64,000 bases of DNA from Puniceicoccaceae bacterium. Lineage in GTDB: Bacteria > Verrucomicrobiota > Verrucomicrobiia > Opitutales > Oceanipulchritudinaceae. Location: positions 16,424 to 80,423 of the forward strand of contig JBFOMH010000015.1 in NCBI GenBank assembly GCA_040830765.1, read 5' to 3'. The position numbers and the translations under genes are program-made. Positions 10,008 through 19,594 of the stretch are shown in pieces; within the stretch, counting starts at the first letter, position 1; each line of letters begins with the position of its first letter. The notes under the pieces are model-generated. The model was not told the origin of the DNA, did not search any database, and saw nothing but the letters and a program-made list of their open reading frames with translations.

Positions 10008-11267
10008 ATGCCACGTTTCTCCTACAAGGCACTGGACAGCACCGGCCGACAGGTTACCGGTGAAGCCGAATCGACGGACCGCAAGCGGCTCCTGCAGCAA
10101 CTTTCGCAGAAGGGTCTGCGGCCCATTGCCGTTGAATTCCTCGGGGAGCAGGTAACCTCCGATGAAGCAGTCGAGGACCTGGACTTCTTCAAGAAGTCGG
10201 GACGGGCCAGCCGCCTGAACCTCTTCAAGCGCTCCAACAGCAAGGTCGCCCTGGAGTTTCTCAAGCGTGTCCTTGTCCTCCTCTCCTCCGGTATGTCCAT
10301 CGGGGACACCGTGAGCCTGCTCAGCCGCCGCCTCACCGATCCGCAGATGAAGTCCCTCTGTGAGTCGATCTGGCGCCGCCTCAGCGAGGGACAGACCCTC
10401 GCCAGTGCCATGCGTGCCGAGGAAGGGATTTTCGCGCCCTCGACCATCCACCTGGTCGAGGCCGGGGAATCCAGTGGCAATCTCATTGTGGTCCTCGAAC
10501 GGGTTGTCGCTTACCTCGAGGAAGCCCGGGATGTCCGCAAGCGGCTCCTCAGTAATCTCAGCTACCCCGCGGTGGTGCTCTCCACGGCGGTTCTCGTGAT
10601 TGTCATTCTCCTGACCTTCCTCCTGCCGAAAATCCAGGACATGCTGGACCAGCTTGGTGGAGAGTTGCCACTTATCACAAAGATGCTCATTGGCGGCTCC
10701 AACGCCACCATCACCTTTGGCCCTTATGTCCTTGTCGGGGTCATCCTCCTCGTCCTCGCTGTCCGCCAGTGGAGAAAGAGCCATGCCGGCCAGAGAAAAA
10801 CCGATTACTGGCTCCTGAAGTTTCCCATTATCGGAAGAATCTACCTCTACTCGAGCATCTACGGAACCACCAATTTGATGTCGACCCTGCTCGGTAGTGG
10901 TGTCAACACGACAGAAACCCTCCGCCTCGTCGAACGGACGATTAACAACTTGGTCCTCCGGGGAAAGTTCGCTGCCGCCCGCAAACAGATCCAGGAGGGG
11001 GTCTCCATGGCCACCGCCATTCAACGGGTTCATTATATGCCTGACATGGCGATGGATATCCTCACCGTCGGCGAGAACACCGGGAACATCGTCACCAGCC
11101 TTGATGACATCAACAAGATCTACCGCGAGGAATTGACCAAGTCGCTGAATCTTCTGACCAACACAACAGTCGTCCTGGCCCTCGGTGGTGCCATCATGCT
11201 GGTCGCAATCATTGCCATCAGTGTTGTCTTCAGCGTTCTCAGCGTCGGCCAGTCCCTCCAGCTCTAG
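10008..11267 (+). CDS. gspF: T2SS platform protein GspF
   Basis: FSYKALD N-terminus, two GspF repeats (AGESSGNL, VGENTGN), YP plus TM helices. Confidence 0.93.
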   Translation: MPRFSYKALDSTGRQVTGEAESTDRKRLLQQLSQKGLRPIAVEFLGEQVTSDEAVEDLDFFKKSGRASRLNLFKRSNSKVALEFLKRVLVLLSSGMSIGDTVSLLSRRLTDPQMKSLCESIWRRLSEGQTLASAMRAEEGIFAPSTIHLVEAGESSGNLIVVLERVVAYLEEARDVRKRLLSNLSYPAVVLSTAVLVIVILLTFLLPKIQDMLDQLGGELPLITKMLIGGSNATITFGPYVLVGVILLVLAVRQWRKSHAGQRKTDYWLLKFPIIGRIYLYSSIYGTTNLMSTLLGSGVNTTETLRLVERTINNLVLRGKFAAARKQIQEGVSMATAIQRVHYMPDMAMDILTVGENTGNIVTSLDDINKIYREELTKSLNLLTNTTVVLALGGAIMLVAIIAISVVFSVLSVGQSLQL

Positions 11268-11275
11268 GCTTCGCA

Positions 11276-11322
11276 GGCCCCGTTTGAAGCCGCTCCCCGC
11301 GGTCCGGGCCAATTTTTGTTTT
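11276..11322 (+). terminator. Possible intrinsic terminator of the T2SS operon
   Basis: GGCCC(C)G...CGGGCC stem followed by AATTTTTGTTTT; an alternative GGCTTC/GAAGCC stem also exists; loop is large. Confidence 0.3.
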
Positions 11323-11348
11323 GCACATTAACGTTGCTTTATTAATCT
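11321..11348 (+). promoter_or_regulatory. Putative sigma70 promoter of galM
   Basis: TTGCAC-N16-TAATCT. Confidence 0.5.
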
Positions 11349-11422
11349 CCCAATCCACGCGGTGCGGTTGTCCGTTAAAGTCACATCAATGGAGTCAACC
11401 ACCACATTGAATGGAGTAAGCG

Positions 11423-12493
11423 ATGATAGAGCAAATCCACGAGGAACAGATTGGCGAGATGTCGGACGGACGCCCCATCAATGCCTATACCCTGCAAAAT
11501 GAAAAAGGTCTGCGGGCCACTTTTCTCAATTACGGGGGTATACTGGTGGAGCTCGAAGTTCCGGACCGGATTGGAATGCCCGACGATGTCACGCTTGGCC
11601 TCGATTCCATTGAGGACTACGTGGAAAACAATCCCCCCTATTTCGGGGCCATCGTTGGCCGCTATGCCAACCGCATCGCCCACGGCAAATTCTCCCTCGA
11701 CGGGAAGGACTATGAACTGCCCCTTAATGAAGAACAGGGTCACCTCCACGGAGGTCCGGAAGGCTTTTCCCGCAAGCTCTTCGACAGTACCATCAAGGAA
11801 GGCAAGCACGGGCAGGTCCTGGTCCTTTCCTATGAAAGCCCGGATGGGGAAATGGGCTACCCGGGCAAGCTCAGCTTCCAGGTGGAATTGTCCATCACGC
11901 CGGAGAATGGTCTCCGCTACGAGTATACTGCCAAATCCACCAAGCCGACCATCGTCAATTTCACCGCTCATCCCTATTTCAATCTTGCCGGTCAGGATTC
12001 CGGGACCATCCGGCAACACTCTGTCCTGATTGAAGCGGACACCTACCTGCCCATCCGGGAGGACACCTGTACCCCGACAGGCGCGTTTGAGAACGTCACC
12101 GACGGTCCCTTTGATTTCAGGAACCTTCAACCCCTCGACCACCGACTTGATTCACCAAATGCCCAAGTCGCCTTCGAAGGTGGCTTTGACCATAATTTCG
12201 TCCTCCGGGAGGACCGGGACTTTTCGGAACCGGTAGCCGCCGTGGTGGAGGAGATTTCCGGCCGCAAGATGGAGGTCTATACCTCTGAGCCGGGATTGCA
12301 GTTCTACACCGGCAACTTCCTCGATGAAACACTGGCCGGCAAAAACGGTTTCTTCTATCCGAAGCATGCTGGCCTCTGCATGGAAACCCAGCACTTTCCG
12401 GATTCCCCCAATTTCGAGAACTTCCCCTCCACCCGCCTCGACAAGGGCAAGACCTTCACCTCCTTCACCGAGTACCGTTTCGGTTCGGTCTGA
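11423..12493 (+). CDS. galM: Aldose 1-epimerase (galactose mutarotase)
   Basis: GRYANRI, LHGG, NFTAHPYFNL, GFDHNF, QFYTGNFL and CMETQHFPDSPN motifs. Confidence 0.95.
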   Translation: MIEQIHEEQIGEMSDGRPINAYTLQNEKGLRATFLNYGGILVELEVPDRIGMPDDVTLGLDSIEDYVENNPPYFGAIVGRYANRIAHGKFSLDGKDYELPLNEEQGHLHGGPEGFSRKLFDSTIKEGKHGQVLVLSYESPDGEMGYPGKLSFQVELSITPENGLRYEYTAKSTKPTIVNFTAHPYFNLAGQDSGTIRQHSVLIEADTYLPIREDTCTPTGAFENVTDGPFDFRNLQPLDHRLDSPNAQVAFEGGFDHNFVLREDRDFSEPVAAVVEEISGRKMEVYTSEPGLQFYTGNFLDETLAGKNGFFYPKHAGLCMETQHFPDSPNFENFPSTRLDKGKTFTSFTEYRFGSV

Positions 12494-12534
12494 AGGGGCA
12501 GAGGACAGGGACTATAGGAACGATTTTCTTGTAG

Positions 12535-15069
12535 TTATTTTCTGACGACAATCAGCCAGTCTTCGTGGAGATTGTCCGGAGGCATTCCCAAATCCACCAC
12601 ACCACCACCGGATACCGAGGGGACCTGACCATCCATCAAGTCCCCGCCCTTGCGGGGATTGAACCAATTCACGGAGAAAGTTCCCGACTGACCCGTTAGA
12701 TCCAGACTGCTGCTGCCACCTTCCGGCAAGTAAACCAGGTACAATGTTCCGGACTCGGCAAAGCAGTACCGGGAATTGTCATCCGATATATTCCCGACCA
12801 GATGATTGTGGTTGGACATCCTCCAGAAGGGAATGGCATTGCCGGTAAAGAACTCAAGGGCAACCCGGCAGTAATCCCATGAACGATCCCGGCTGCGAAA
12901 GTCCTCACAGAGCAAGTCCGTTTCCGGAAGCTTGTATCCAAAGTAGTACTCAACTCCGGCCCCACCGGCCATCAAGTTGCCCCAGAGGGTGTACTTGCGG
13001 ATGTCATGCAAATCATAATTTTTGCCTTTCCACTCGTGGGAACCGCTGAAGCCTTGATACTCAGGATCAGGAGGGACTCCACCATGGTGGGGTCCCTGTT
13101 CGTCATTGGCGACAACCCAGGTTCTTCCCGCCAACTGGGCAGCCTTCACCCACTGTAAAGTCCGCTGGTGGACGGTATCCCAGGAGTTTTGAAGGGAGGC
13201 GCCTGTTAATGCGGATTGGCTTCCTAGCAAAGCCGGATAAACGCTGTCCTGCTGCTCCGGGAAAGTATGGATAACAAGGTTATGACCATAGGGATCGACC
13301 GCGGCCAGATAGGCGGCCATGTCGCGCTGCTCCTCATAAGTCTGGGTATTTTCTTCACCAAGGTTCCAATTGAGGGCCAGGTTGTGCCCAAAGCGGGCAA
13401 TGATTTCGCGGAAGTACAATTTGCGTTCGGGTCCAAGCAATCCTGCATCCATCGCTTCAGGAATGACCTTCGGTTTGCGCTTGTTGCCCTCCCGGTGATC
13501 ATCGAGCTCATTCTCCTGCAGCTTGAAGTGGAGATGGATGCCCTTGCTCTGGGCATGCTCGAGGACGGTTGCCCATTGGTCCAGTTTCGAGACATCGTAG
13601 CGAAACTTGTCTTCCCTCTCCACAAATGGCCAAACATTGTCCCCGTCCCCGCCGGCGTTGTAGGTCAGGAAGGAGACCGTGTTCATGCCTTTTCCCGCGA
13701 GATAATTGAGAGCACCAATGAGACTCTTGCCCTTGCCATCCTGCCAGGTCGGATCGCCCACCTTCCAGTCCTGCAGGTGCGGTTCCCAGGTCTTCAACGG
13801 ACCCTTATCCGGCTTCCGGGTCTCGGTATTGTCAAAGTCGGTGTAGGCCAGCAGGGTCTCCGGGGCATCCGGACCGGCCTTCAGGAAATAGCTCTTGTCG
13901 CCGGCAAAGCGAAGATGGGAATCCCCAGTGTAGGTCAGCCGACCCCGGGCCCGAAAGTCCACCCCAGTCTTGTCGCTATCGGTAACGATAAACGACCCAC
14001 TGGTCCCATCAAAGGGCCCGCGTGCTGACCCGGCTGCCGGGTCAACCGCCGCCATTGGACCGCTCGCGAAGCGGATGGTATAAGTCCATTCGCCGGGGAC
14101 ATCCGGACTCAGGTGGGCCCGCCAGATATTGCCCTCGGTCGCCGAAGTCTCCCTGGCATTGCCGTCTGCAGCGAAATATCCGGGAACATGGTAGACATAA
14201 TCTCCCGATTCATGGCGAAATATGACCGTCATCCGGCAGGCCGTGAAGGGATTGAAGAAGCCATTTGTCTCGCTCGCCCAGGGACCGGCAAGGTCCAGGG
14301 TCACCTTGTGCCAGGTCTGCAAGTCGCCACCGACTGTCACGGTCCCGTCCCCGTCCCGGGTGTCCCGCACCCTGGATACCGGTCCGGCATCCTCGGGGCG
14401 TTCAAACTCCGGATCGAGGGTCATCAGCCACTTGTCAAATTCGGTCCCGTCTTCCCGCATGGAGAACATGATGACATGCTCCCCAGGCTCCTCGATATCG
14501 AGGTATATCAATCCCGGGACGCCCGTATGCACTTCCTCCGTCCGCTGCTTGCTGTCCCAGAACCACTGGTTCTTGGCCGTCCACTGCATGCGACTGCCCG
14601 ATGCCGGCCACTCCCCGTTCAGCCCCACGTGCAGTCCGTTGTCCTCGGTATTAGTCGAATACAACCGTGCCCACACATAGTAGCGGCCGGGAGTGTTGAT
14701 TTTCACCTTGTAGTGGAGGGTTGCCATCGGGGTCGGAAAATTGCTGAAGTTCTCACCCCGGATGAGCTTGTCTCCATGGCTGCGGCGGGTATCCGGAAGA
14801 ATTTCCAGGTACAGATCCTTACTGGCCCCGACCACATGGGAGGGATCCCCGTCGGGTTCAGGACCGGTTGAGTTCACGGTAAACATGGGGTACCAGGCCC
14901 GGACGTCCGTGTCGGTCTGCTTGAAAAAGTGCTCTGCTTCCACCGCCAGCAAGCCGTCCTGCTCCTCGAAGATAAGGGTTTCCGGGACACCCGTTACGGC
15001 AATAGCTTGAAGAAAAACCGGATTGAGGGAAAGAATTAAGGCAAGCATTCGTGAGTAGGTCTTTTGCAT
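12535..15069 (-). CDS. Secreted DUF5060-domain glycoside-hydrolase-like protein with N-terminal beta-sandwich and C-terminal putative collagen-binding domain
   Basis: Signal peptide; VEAEHF module; GYFAADGNA...WRAHLSPD (DUF5060-like); WNLGEEN and NDEQG in a probable TIM barrel; WFNPRKG...DWLIVV C-terminus; GAGGAG RBS. Confidence 0.75.
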   Translation of the reverse strand: MQKTYSRMLALILSLNPVFLQAIAVTGVPETLIFEEQDGLLAVEAEHFFKQTDTDVRAWYPMFTVNSTGPEPDGDPSHVVGASKDLYLEILPDTRRSHGDKLIRGENFSNFPTPMATLHYKVKINTPGRYYVWARLYSTNTEDNGLHVGLNGEWPASGSRMQWTAKNQWFWDSKQRTEEVHTGVPGLIYLDIEEPGEHVIMFSMREDGTEFDKWLMTLDPEFERPEDAGPVSRVRDTRDGDGTVTVGGDLQTWHKVTLDLAGPWASETNGFFNPFTACRMTVIFRHESGDYVYHVPGYFAADGNARETSATEGNIWRAHLSPDVPGEWTYTIRFASGPMAAVDPAAGSARGPFDGTSGSFIVTDSDKTGVDFRARGRLTYTGDSHLRFAGDKSYFLKAGPDAPETLLAYTDFDNTETRKPDKGPLKTWEPHLQDWKVGDPTWQDGKGKSLIGALNYLAGKGMNTVSFLTYNAGGDGDNVWPFVEREDKFRYDVSKLDQWATVLEHAQSKGIHLHFKLQENELDDHREGNKRKPKVIPEAMDAGLLGPERKLYFREIIARFGHNLALNWNLGEENTQTYEEQRDMAAYLAAVDPYGHNLVIHTFPEQQDSVYPALLGSQSALTGASLQNSWDTVHQRTLQWVKAAQLAGRTWVVANDEQGPHHGGVPPDPEYQGFSGSHEWKGKNYDLHDIRKYTLWGNLMAGGAGVEYYFGYKLPETDLLCEDFRSRDRSWDYCRVALEFFTGNAIPFWRMSNHNHLVGNISDDNSRYCFAESGTLYLVYLPEGGSSSLDLTGQSGTFSVNWFNPRKGGDLMDGQVPSVSGGGVVDLGMPPDNLHEDWLIVVRK

Positions 15070-15228
15070 ATTTCTCCTCTAGCAAATTGGGTTATTCTTC
15101 GAAAGGCATTAAACATCCTTCAAATAGGAAAACCCCGAAAAATCTTCTAACCCATTCAAAAATCTGAAGGTGGCCTTCTCCTGCCTTCGGGAGATTGCGC
15201 AAAATCAGGGCTGAACCAAGAAATCGAC

Positions 15229-16008
15229 TCAGGCCAACCCGCGCTCGCTGGCCTTGATAAAGCCAATCGCTTCATCAATAAGGTTGCCCTTGCCGAGTTG
15301 GCCCGATTCGAGGGCTTCCAATGCCTGGGACCGGTTCAGTCCCTTGCGGAAGACAAGGCGGTAGATGCGGCCGGCCAGCTTGATTTCCTCCTCGGAATAA
15401 CCGGTCCGTTCCATGCCCACCTTGTTGATGGTCCGGTGGGTGGCCGGGTAGCCTTCAGCCATCATCCGCGGCAGGACATCCTGGAGCAGCTTGCAGCACC
15501 CGCCAATCATCGCCCCGCTGCCAACCTGGCAGAACTGATGCACGGCCGTCAGGCCGCCGATTATGACATGGTCCCCGAGCCGCACGTGCCCGCCGAGGGT
15601 GGCGTTGTTGCTAAGAATGCAATGGTCCCCGACGCTGCACTCGTGCCCAATATGGCTGTAGGCGCAGAACAGGTTGCCGGAGCCAATCCGGGTCTCCTTA
15701 TCGGCGAAGGTTGCCGGATGGACCGTGCAGAACTCACGGAAAATGTTTTTGTCGCCGATAACGACCGGGGCCTCGTCACCGGTCCACTTCTTGTCCTGGG
15801 TCCGGCCACCGACGAGGGCATAGGGAAAGACCTCGTTACCGGAACCCATGGTCGTGTTCCCCTCCACCGTGGCATGATGATGCAGGCGGCAGCCGGGTCC
15901 GAGGCGGACCATCGGTCCGACGTAGGCATAAGCCCCGACCTCGACATCGGCAGCCAGCTCGGCGCCGTCGTCAATAATGGCCGTTGGGTGTATGCGGGTC
16001 GTTTCCAT
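15229..16008 (-). CDS. lpxA: UDP-N-acetylglucosamine acyltransferase LpxA
   Basis: IHPTAII, hexapeptide repeats, SHIGHEC, LGGHV, VHQFC, INKVGMER. Confidence 0.95.
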   Translation of the reverse strand: METTRIHPTAIIDDGAELAADVEVGAYAYVGPMVRLGPGCRLHHHATVEGNTTMGSGNEVFPYALVGGRTQDKKWTGDEAPVVIGDKNIFREFCTVHPATFADKETRIGSGNLFCAYSHIGHECSVGDHCILSNNATLGGHVRLGDHVIIGGLTAVHQFCQVGSGAMIGGCCKLLQDVLPRMMAEGYPATHRTINKVGMERTGYSEEEIKLAGRIYRLVFRKGLNRSQALEALESGQLGKGNLIDEAIGFIKASERGLA

Positions 16009-16024
16009 GAGCGCCCGTCCGGGG

Positions 16025-16582
16025 TTAGACGCGCCCGAGATAGCTCTTGTCGGCGGTCGATACCTTGATCGTGTCGCCGGTTTTGATAAAAAGGGGAGTC
16101 TGGATGATGAGTCCGGTGGAAGTGGTCACCGGCTTGAGGGCGGCACCGGAGGTATCCCCCTTGATGGCGTCGGGGGCTTCAGTGACTTCCAGCTCGACCG
16201 AAGCCGGCAGCTGGACCTGGACCGGTTCACCATCAACAAAGAGGACGTCCACCACGTTGCCCTCGGAAAGGAAATCCCTGGCATCCTCAATCAGTTTCTC
16301 ATCGAGGACGACATCCTCAAAGGTGTCGGGGTCCATGAAATGCCAGCCTTCCTGGTCAATATAGCTAAGCTCCATGCGACGGTTGTCCGTCATCAGGATA
16401 TCAACGGAATCGGTGCTGCGGAGCTTGGTGGTGGAGCTGGAACCGCTGCTCAGGTTGCGCAGGGTAACCTGAACAAACCCGGCCTGCCGGCCCTGGGTCC
16501 GGTGCTGCATGTCGAGAACGAGGTGAGGCGCGCCATTGTAGGTAATGACCTTGCCTTTACGAATTTCAGTGGGAGATGCCAT
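16025..16582 (-). CDS. efp: Translation elongation factor P
   Basis: EF-P fold motifs (HFMDPDTFE, KGDTSG, QTPLFIKTGD, YLGR); tip loop HRTQGRQ. Confidence 0.95.
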   Translation of the reverse strand: MASPTEIRKGKVITYNGAPHLVLDMQHRTQGRQAGFVQVTLRNLSSGSSSTTKLRSTDSVDILMTDNRRMELSYIDQEGWHFMDPDTFEDVVLDEKLIEDARDFLSEGNVVDVLFVDGEPVQVQLPASVELEVTEAPDAIKGDTSGAALKPVTTSTGLIIQTPLFIKTGDTIKVSTADKSYLGRV

Positions 16583-16696
16583 GGGATTAGAATGGATGAA
16601 TCAAAAGGACGGTCAAACCATCCGTAACGCAGTCTGTCAATACCGCTGACATTCAGGCCTTTACAAAGGCGGATCGCTCTCGCCATACTTTCTCCC

Positions 16697-18055
16697 ATGC
16701 GTCAAAGGACCCTCTTGCGAGAAGTTTCAACCCACGGCAAAGCGCTGCACACCGGACAGATGGTCCACCTGACCTTCAAACCGGCTCCGGAGAACCACGG
16801 GATCGTATTCCAGCGCACGGATCTTTACGGAAAACCGGAAATCAAGCCCCGCATCGAGCTCGTCCAGGACAAGCTGGTCCGAAGTACGGACATTTCCTCC
16901 GGCCACACCAGCCTGCACACCATCGAGCACGTCCTCAGCGCCCTCCAGGGGAGTGGTATCGACAACTGCCTTGTTGAGATGGATGCTTCCGAGCCGCCGA
17001 TCCTCGATGGCTCAGCCAAGCACTACGTCAATCTCATCCAGAAGGCCGAACCGGTTGAGCAGGATGCGGAACGGGATTACTTCGAACTGAAGGAGCCCAT
17101 CTCGGTGACGGACGGTAACCGCTCCATCATCGCCCTGCCCTACGACGGATTCAAGGTCACCTGCACCAGCGCGGATGACCGCGGCATCCATACCCAGCAC
17201 CTCTCCATCGATCTCAACTCGGACAACTACATCGCGGACATTGCCCCGGCCCGGACCTTTACCATCTACGAGGATATCGAACCGCTGCTGAAAATGGGCA
17301 AGATCCAGGGTGGCAGCCTCGATTCGGCAATTGTCATCAAGGGCGACCAGATTCTATCCAAGGAGCCGTTGCGCTTCGAGGACGAGTTTGTCCGTCACAA
17401 GATCCTCGATATCGTCGGGGACCTCTCGCTCCTCGGGAAACGGCTCAAGGCCCACATCGTCGCTGTCCGGCCCGGGCACAAGCTCAATTCAGAGCTGACC
17501 AAGGTCCTTTTCCAGAAGATGCAGGGCAAACCGGAGCCCAAGGCCCTGGAACCGGTTCGCAAGGATGCACCGACCGCCAAGGGCAAGATGATCGCGCCGG
17601 AGGAGAAGCAGATCAATATCCGCCGCATCCTCGATATCCTCCCCCACGCCTATCCCTTTGTCATGGTCGACCGCGTGGTCGATATCAAGGACGACACGGA
17701 AATCCGGGCCATCAAGAACGTCACCATCAACGAGCCCTACTTCACCGGGCACTACCCGGGTAACCCGGTCATGCCGGGCGTCCTCCAGATTGAGTCGATG
17801 GCCCAGGCCGCCGGCCTGCTCCTCCTGCGGAAGATTTCCGCGGAAGGAAAAATCGCCCTTTTCATGAGTGCGGACAAGGTCAAGTTCCGCCGGGCAGTCA
17901 TTCCCGGTGACCGACTCGATATCGAGGTCAAGGTCCTCAAGATCCGCTCCAACAAGCTGGCCACCGCAGCCGGCAAGTGCTTTGTCGAGGGCGAACTTGC
18001 CTCCTCTGCCGAACTGATGTTTACTGTCCTCGATGTCCCCGAAGAAGGGATGTAA
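16697..18055 (+). CDS. lpxC-fabZ: Bifunctional LpxC deacetylase / FabZ dehydratase
   Basis: TIEHVLSAL and HKILD Zn motifs (LpxC); [11 protein letters not shown] and [16 protein letters not shown] (FabZ). Confidence 0.95.
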   Translation: MRQRTLLREVSTHGKALHTGQMVHLTFKPAPENHGIVFQRTDLYGKPEIKPRIELVQDKLVRSTDISSGHTSLHTIEHVLSALQGSGIDNCLVEMDASEPPILDGSAKHYVNLIQKAEPVEQDAERDYFELKEPISVTDGNRSIIALPYDGFKVTCTSADDRGIHTQHLSIDLNSDNYIADIAPARTFTIYEDIEPLLKMGKIQGGSLDSAIVIKGDQILSKEPLRFEDEFVRHKILDIVGDLSLLGKRLKAHIVAVRPGHKLNSELTKVLFQKMQGKPEPKALEPVRKDAPTAKGKMIAPEEKQINIRRILDILPHAYPFVMVDRVVDIKDDTEIRAIKNVTINEPYFTGHYPGNPVMPGVLQIESMAQAAGLLLLRKISAEGKIALFMSADKVKFRRAVIPGDRLDIEVKVLKIRSNKLATAAGKCFVEGELASSAELMFTVLDVPEEGM

Positions 18056-18076
18056 TTCTGCCAACCAATAATCCCC

Positions 18077-18424
18077 ATGAGTGAGCCGACCCTTTTTGAA
18101 CGCATCCTGGCCGGGGAAATTCCTGCCGATATCGTCCACCAGGACGACCTCGCCTTTGTCATCAAGGACATCAATCCCCAGGCACCTGTCCATTGCCTCG
18201 TCATTCCCAAAAAGCCGCTTCCCCGGGTGGCCCTGGCTGTTGATGATGACCGGGACCTGCTGGGGCACCTCCTTCTGGTCGCCCGGGACATGGCCCGCAA
18301 GCTGAACCTGGCTGAGGATGGCTATCGCATCGTCATCAACAACGGGCCCAATGGAGGGGAGAGTGTCCCCCACCTCCATGTCCATCTCATCGGAGGCCGC
18401 CAGATGACCTGGCCTCCCGGTTGA
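18077..18424 (+). CDS. hinT: Histidine triad nucleotide-binding protein
   Basis: DINPQAPVH, HLHVH triad, WPPG C-terminus. Confidence 0.92.
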   Translation: MSEPTLFERILAGEIPADIVHQDDLAFVIKDINPQAPVHCLVIPKKPLPRVALAVDDDRDLLGHLLLVARDMARKLNLAEDGYRIVINNGPNGGESVPHLHVHLIGGRQMTWPPG

Positions 18425-18430
18425 ACCGTA

Positions 18431-19543
18431 TCAGGCCCGCTCGTAGCGCCCGTCAAGCCGGCGGCACAAGAGGCCGGCTACTTCCATTTCAAGCACGGTC
18501 CCGGAAAGGACAGGTATCGCTGAGTCCGTTCCGCTGGCGACGTCATCAAGGTTGGAGGGTCCGTTTTCGGCAAGGAATTGCCAGATGCCAGCCTGCAGGC
18601 CTTCAAGCTCGGGATCCTTGTCTGCCGGAGCTTGAGTTCCTCGACTTTGCTGCGGCCGCAGGGCTTTGGGAAGATACTCCAGGTCGTCGAGAATATCTTC
18701 CACTCGCGTAACCAGCTGCGCGCCGTCCCGGATCAGGGCATGGCACCCGGCCGACTCCGGGGAATCCACCCGGCCCGGCAGGACGTAGACCGGCCGGCCC
18801 TGCTCGGAGGCCATCCGGGCGGTAATCAGGCTACCTCCCCGGGAACCCGACTCAATCACCACCACGGCCTCGCTGACTCCGGCGACAATCCGGTTGCGCT
18901 GGGGAAAGCTGCGCCGGTCAGCTCGCCGCCAAAGGGGGAATTCGGTCCAGACGCCACCGCTCTCCCGGATACTCTCCATCAATCCACGGTTACTGGACGG
19001 ATAAACACAATTGAGCCCACTGCCAAGAATAGCTGCGGTCTTTCCGCCACATTCGAGGGCGGCACGGTGTGCCTCCGTGTCGATTCCCTCGGCCAGGCCG
19101 CTGACGATGCATATACCCTGCCGGCATAATTCGGAAGAGAAGATTCGTGCCAGCCGGCGCCCATAGGCACTGGGTTTGCGGGTTCCCACGATGGCGATGT
19201 TACGCCTGGTCAAATTCAATCCCGCCCGGCTCCGGTAGAGCCCAATCGGCCGATCCGAAAAGGGCCGGAGCCTCTCCGGGTAATCCGGTTCCTCGGATGT
19301 GACAAAATCAGCCGCCAGGTCCTTCAGCTCGCGGAACACCCGGTCCGGCGGGAAGTACCGTTGCCAGTTTGACAGTTGCTCAACCACGCGGGGCGGACAC
19401 CAGTTGGCCAACTTGACATGGTCCATCTCAAGGAGCTGCTCTGCTCCCCCCTCCAAGGCGCGGTCCAGCTTGCGCAGGTTGACCGGCCCGATTCCGGGCA
19501 GGGCAGCAAGAATCATCAGGGAGGTACGACGATCATAAGCCAT
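18431..19543 (-). CDS. dprA: DNA-processing protein DprA
   Basis: IAIVGTR, VSGLAEGID, FPQRNRIVAG, GGSLITA, C-terminal winged helix; start could be 19561. Confidence 0.93.
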   Translation of the reverse strand: MAYDRRTSLMILAALPGIGPVNLRKLDRALEGGAEQLLEMDHVKLANWCPPRVVEQLSNWQRYFPPDRVFRELKDLAADFVTSEEPDYPERLRPFSDRPIGLYRSRAGLNLTRRNIAIVGTRKPSAYGRRLARIFSSELCRQGICIVSGLAEGIDTEAHRAALECGGKTAAILGSGLNCVYPSSNRGLMESIRESGGVWTEFPLWRRADRRSFPQRNRIVAGVSEAVVVIESGSRGGSLITARMASEQGRPVYVLPGRVDSPESAGCHALIRDGAQLVTRVEDILDDLEYLPKALRPQQSRGTQAPADKDPELEGLQAGIWQFLAENGPSNLDDVASGTDSAIPVLSGTVLEMEVAGLLCRRLDGRYERA

Positions 19544-19594
19544 CCAGGGACATGCTTTCACTCCCCGGCGCCGATGAGCAAGCTGACTGACTAC

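Noticed and set aside
11349..11422. tRNA or known riboswitch in the galM leader
   Set aside because: No cloverleaf, T-loop or recognisable aptamer consensus; kept only as an unassigned structured leader
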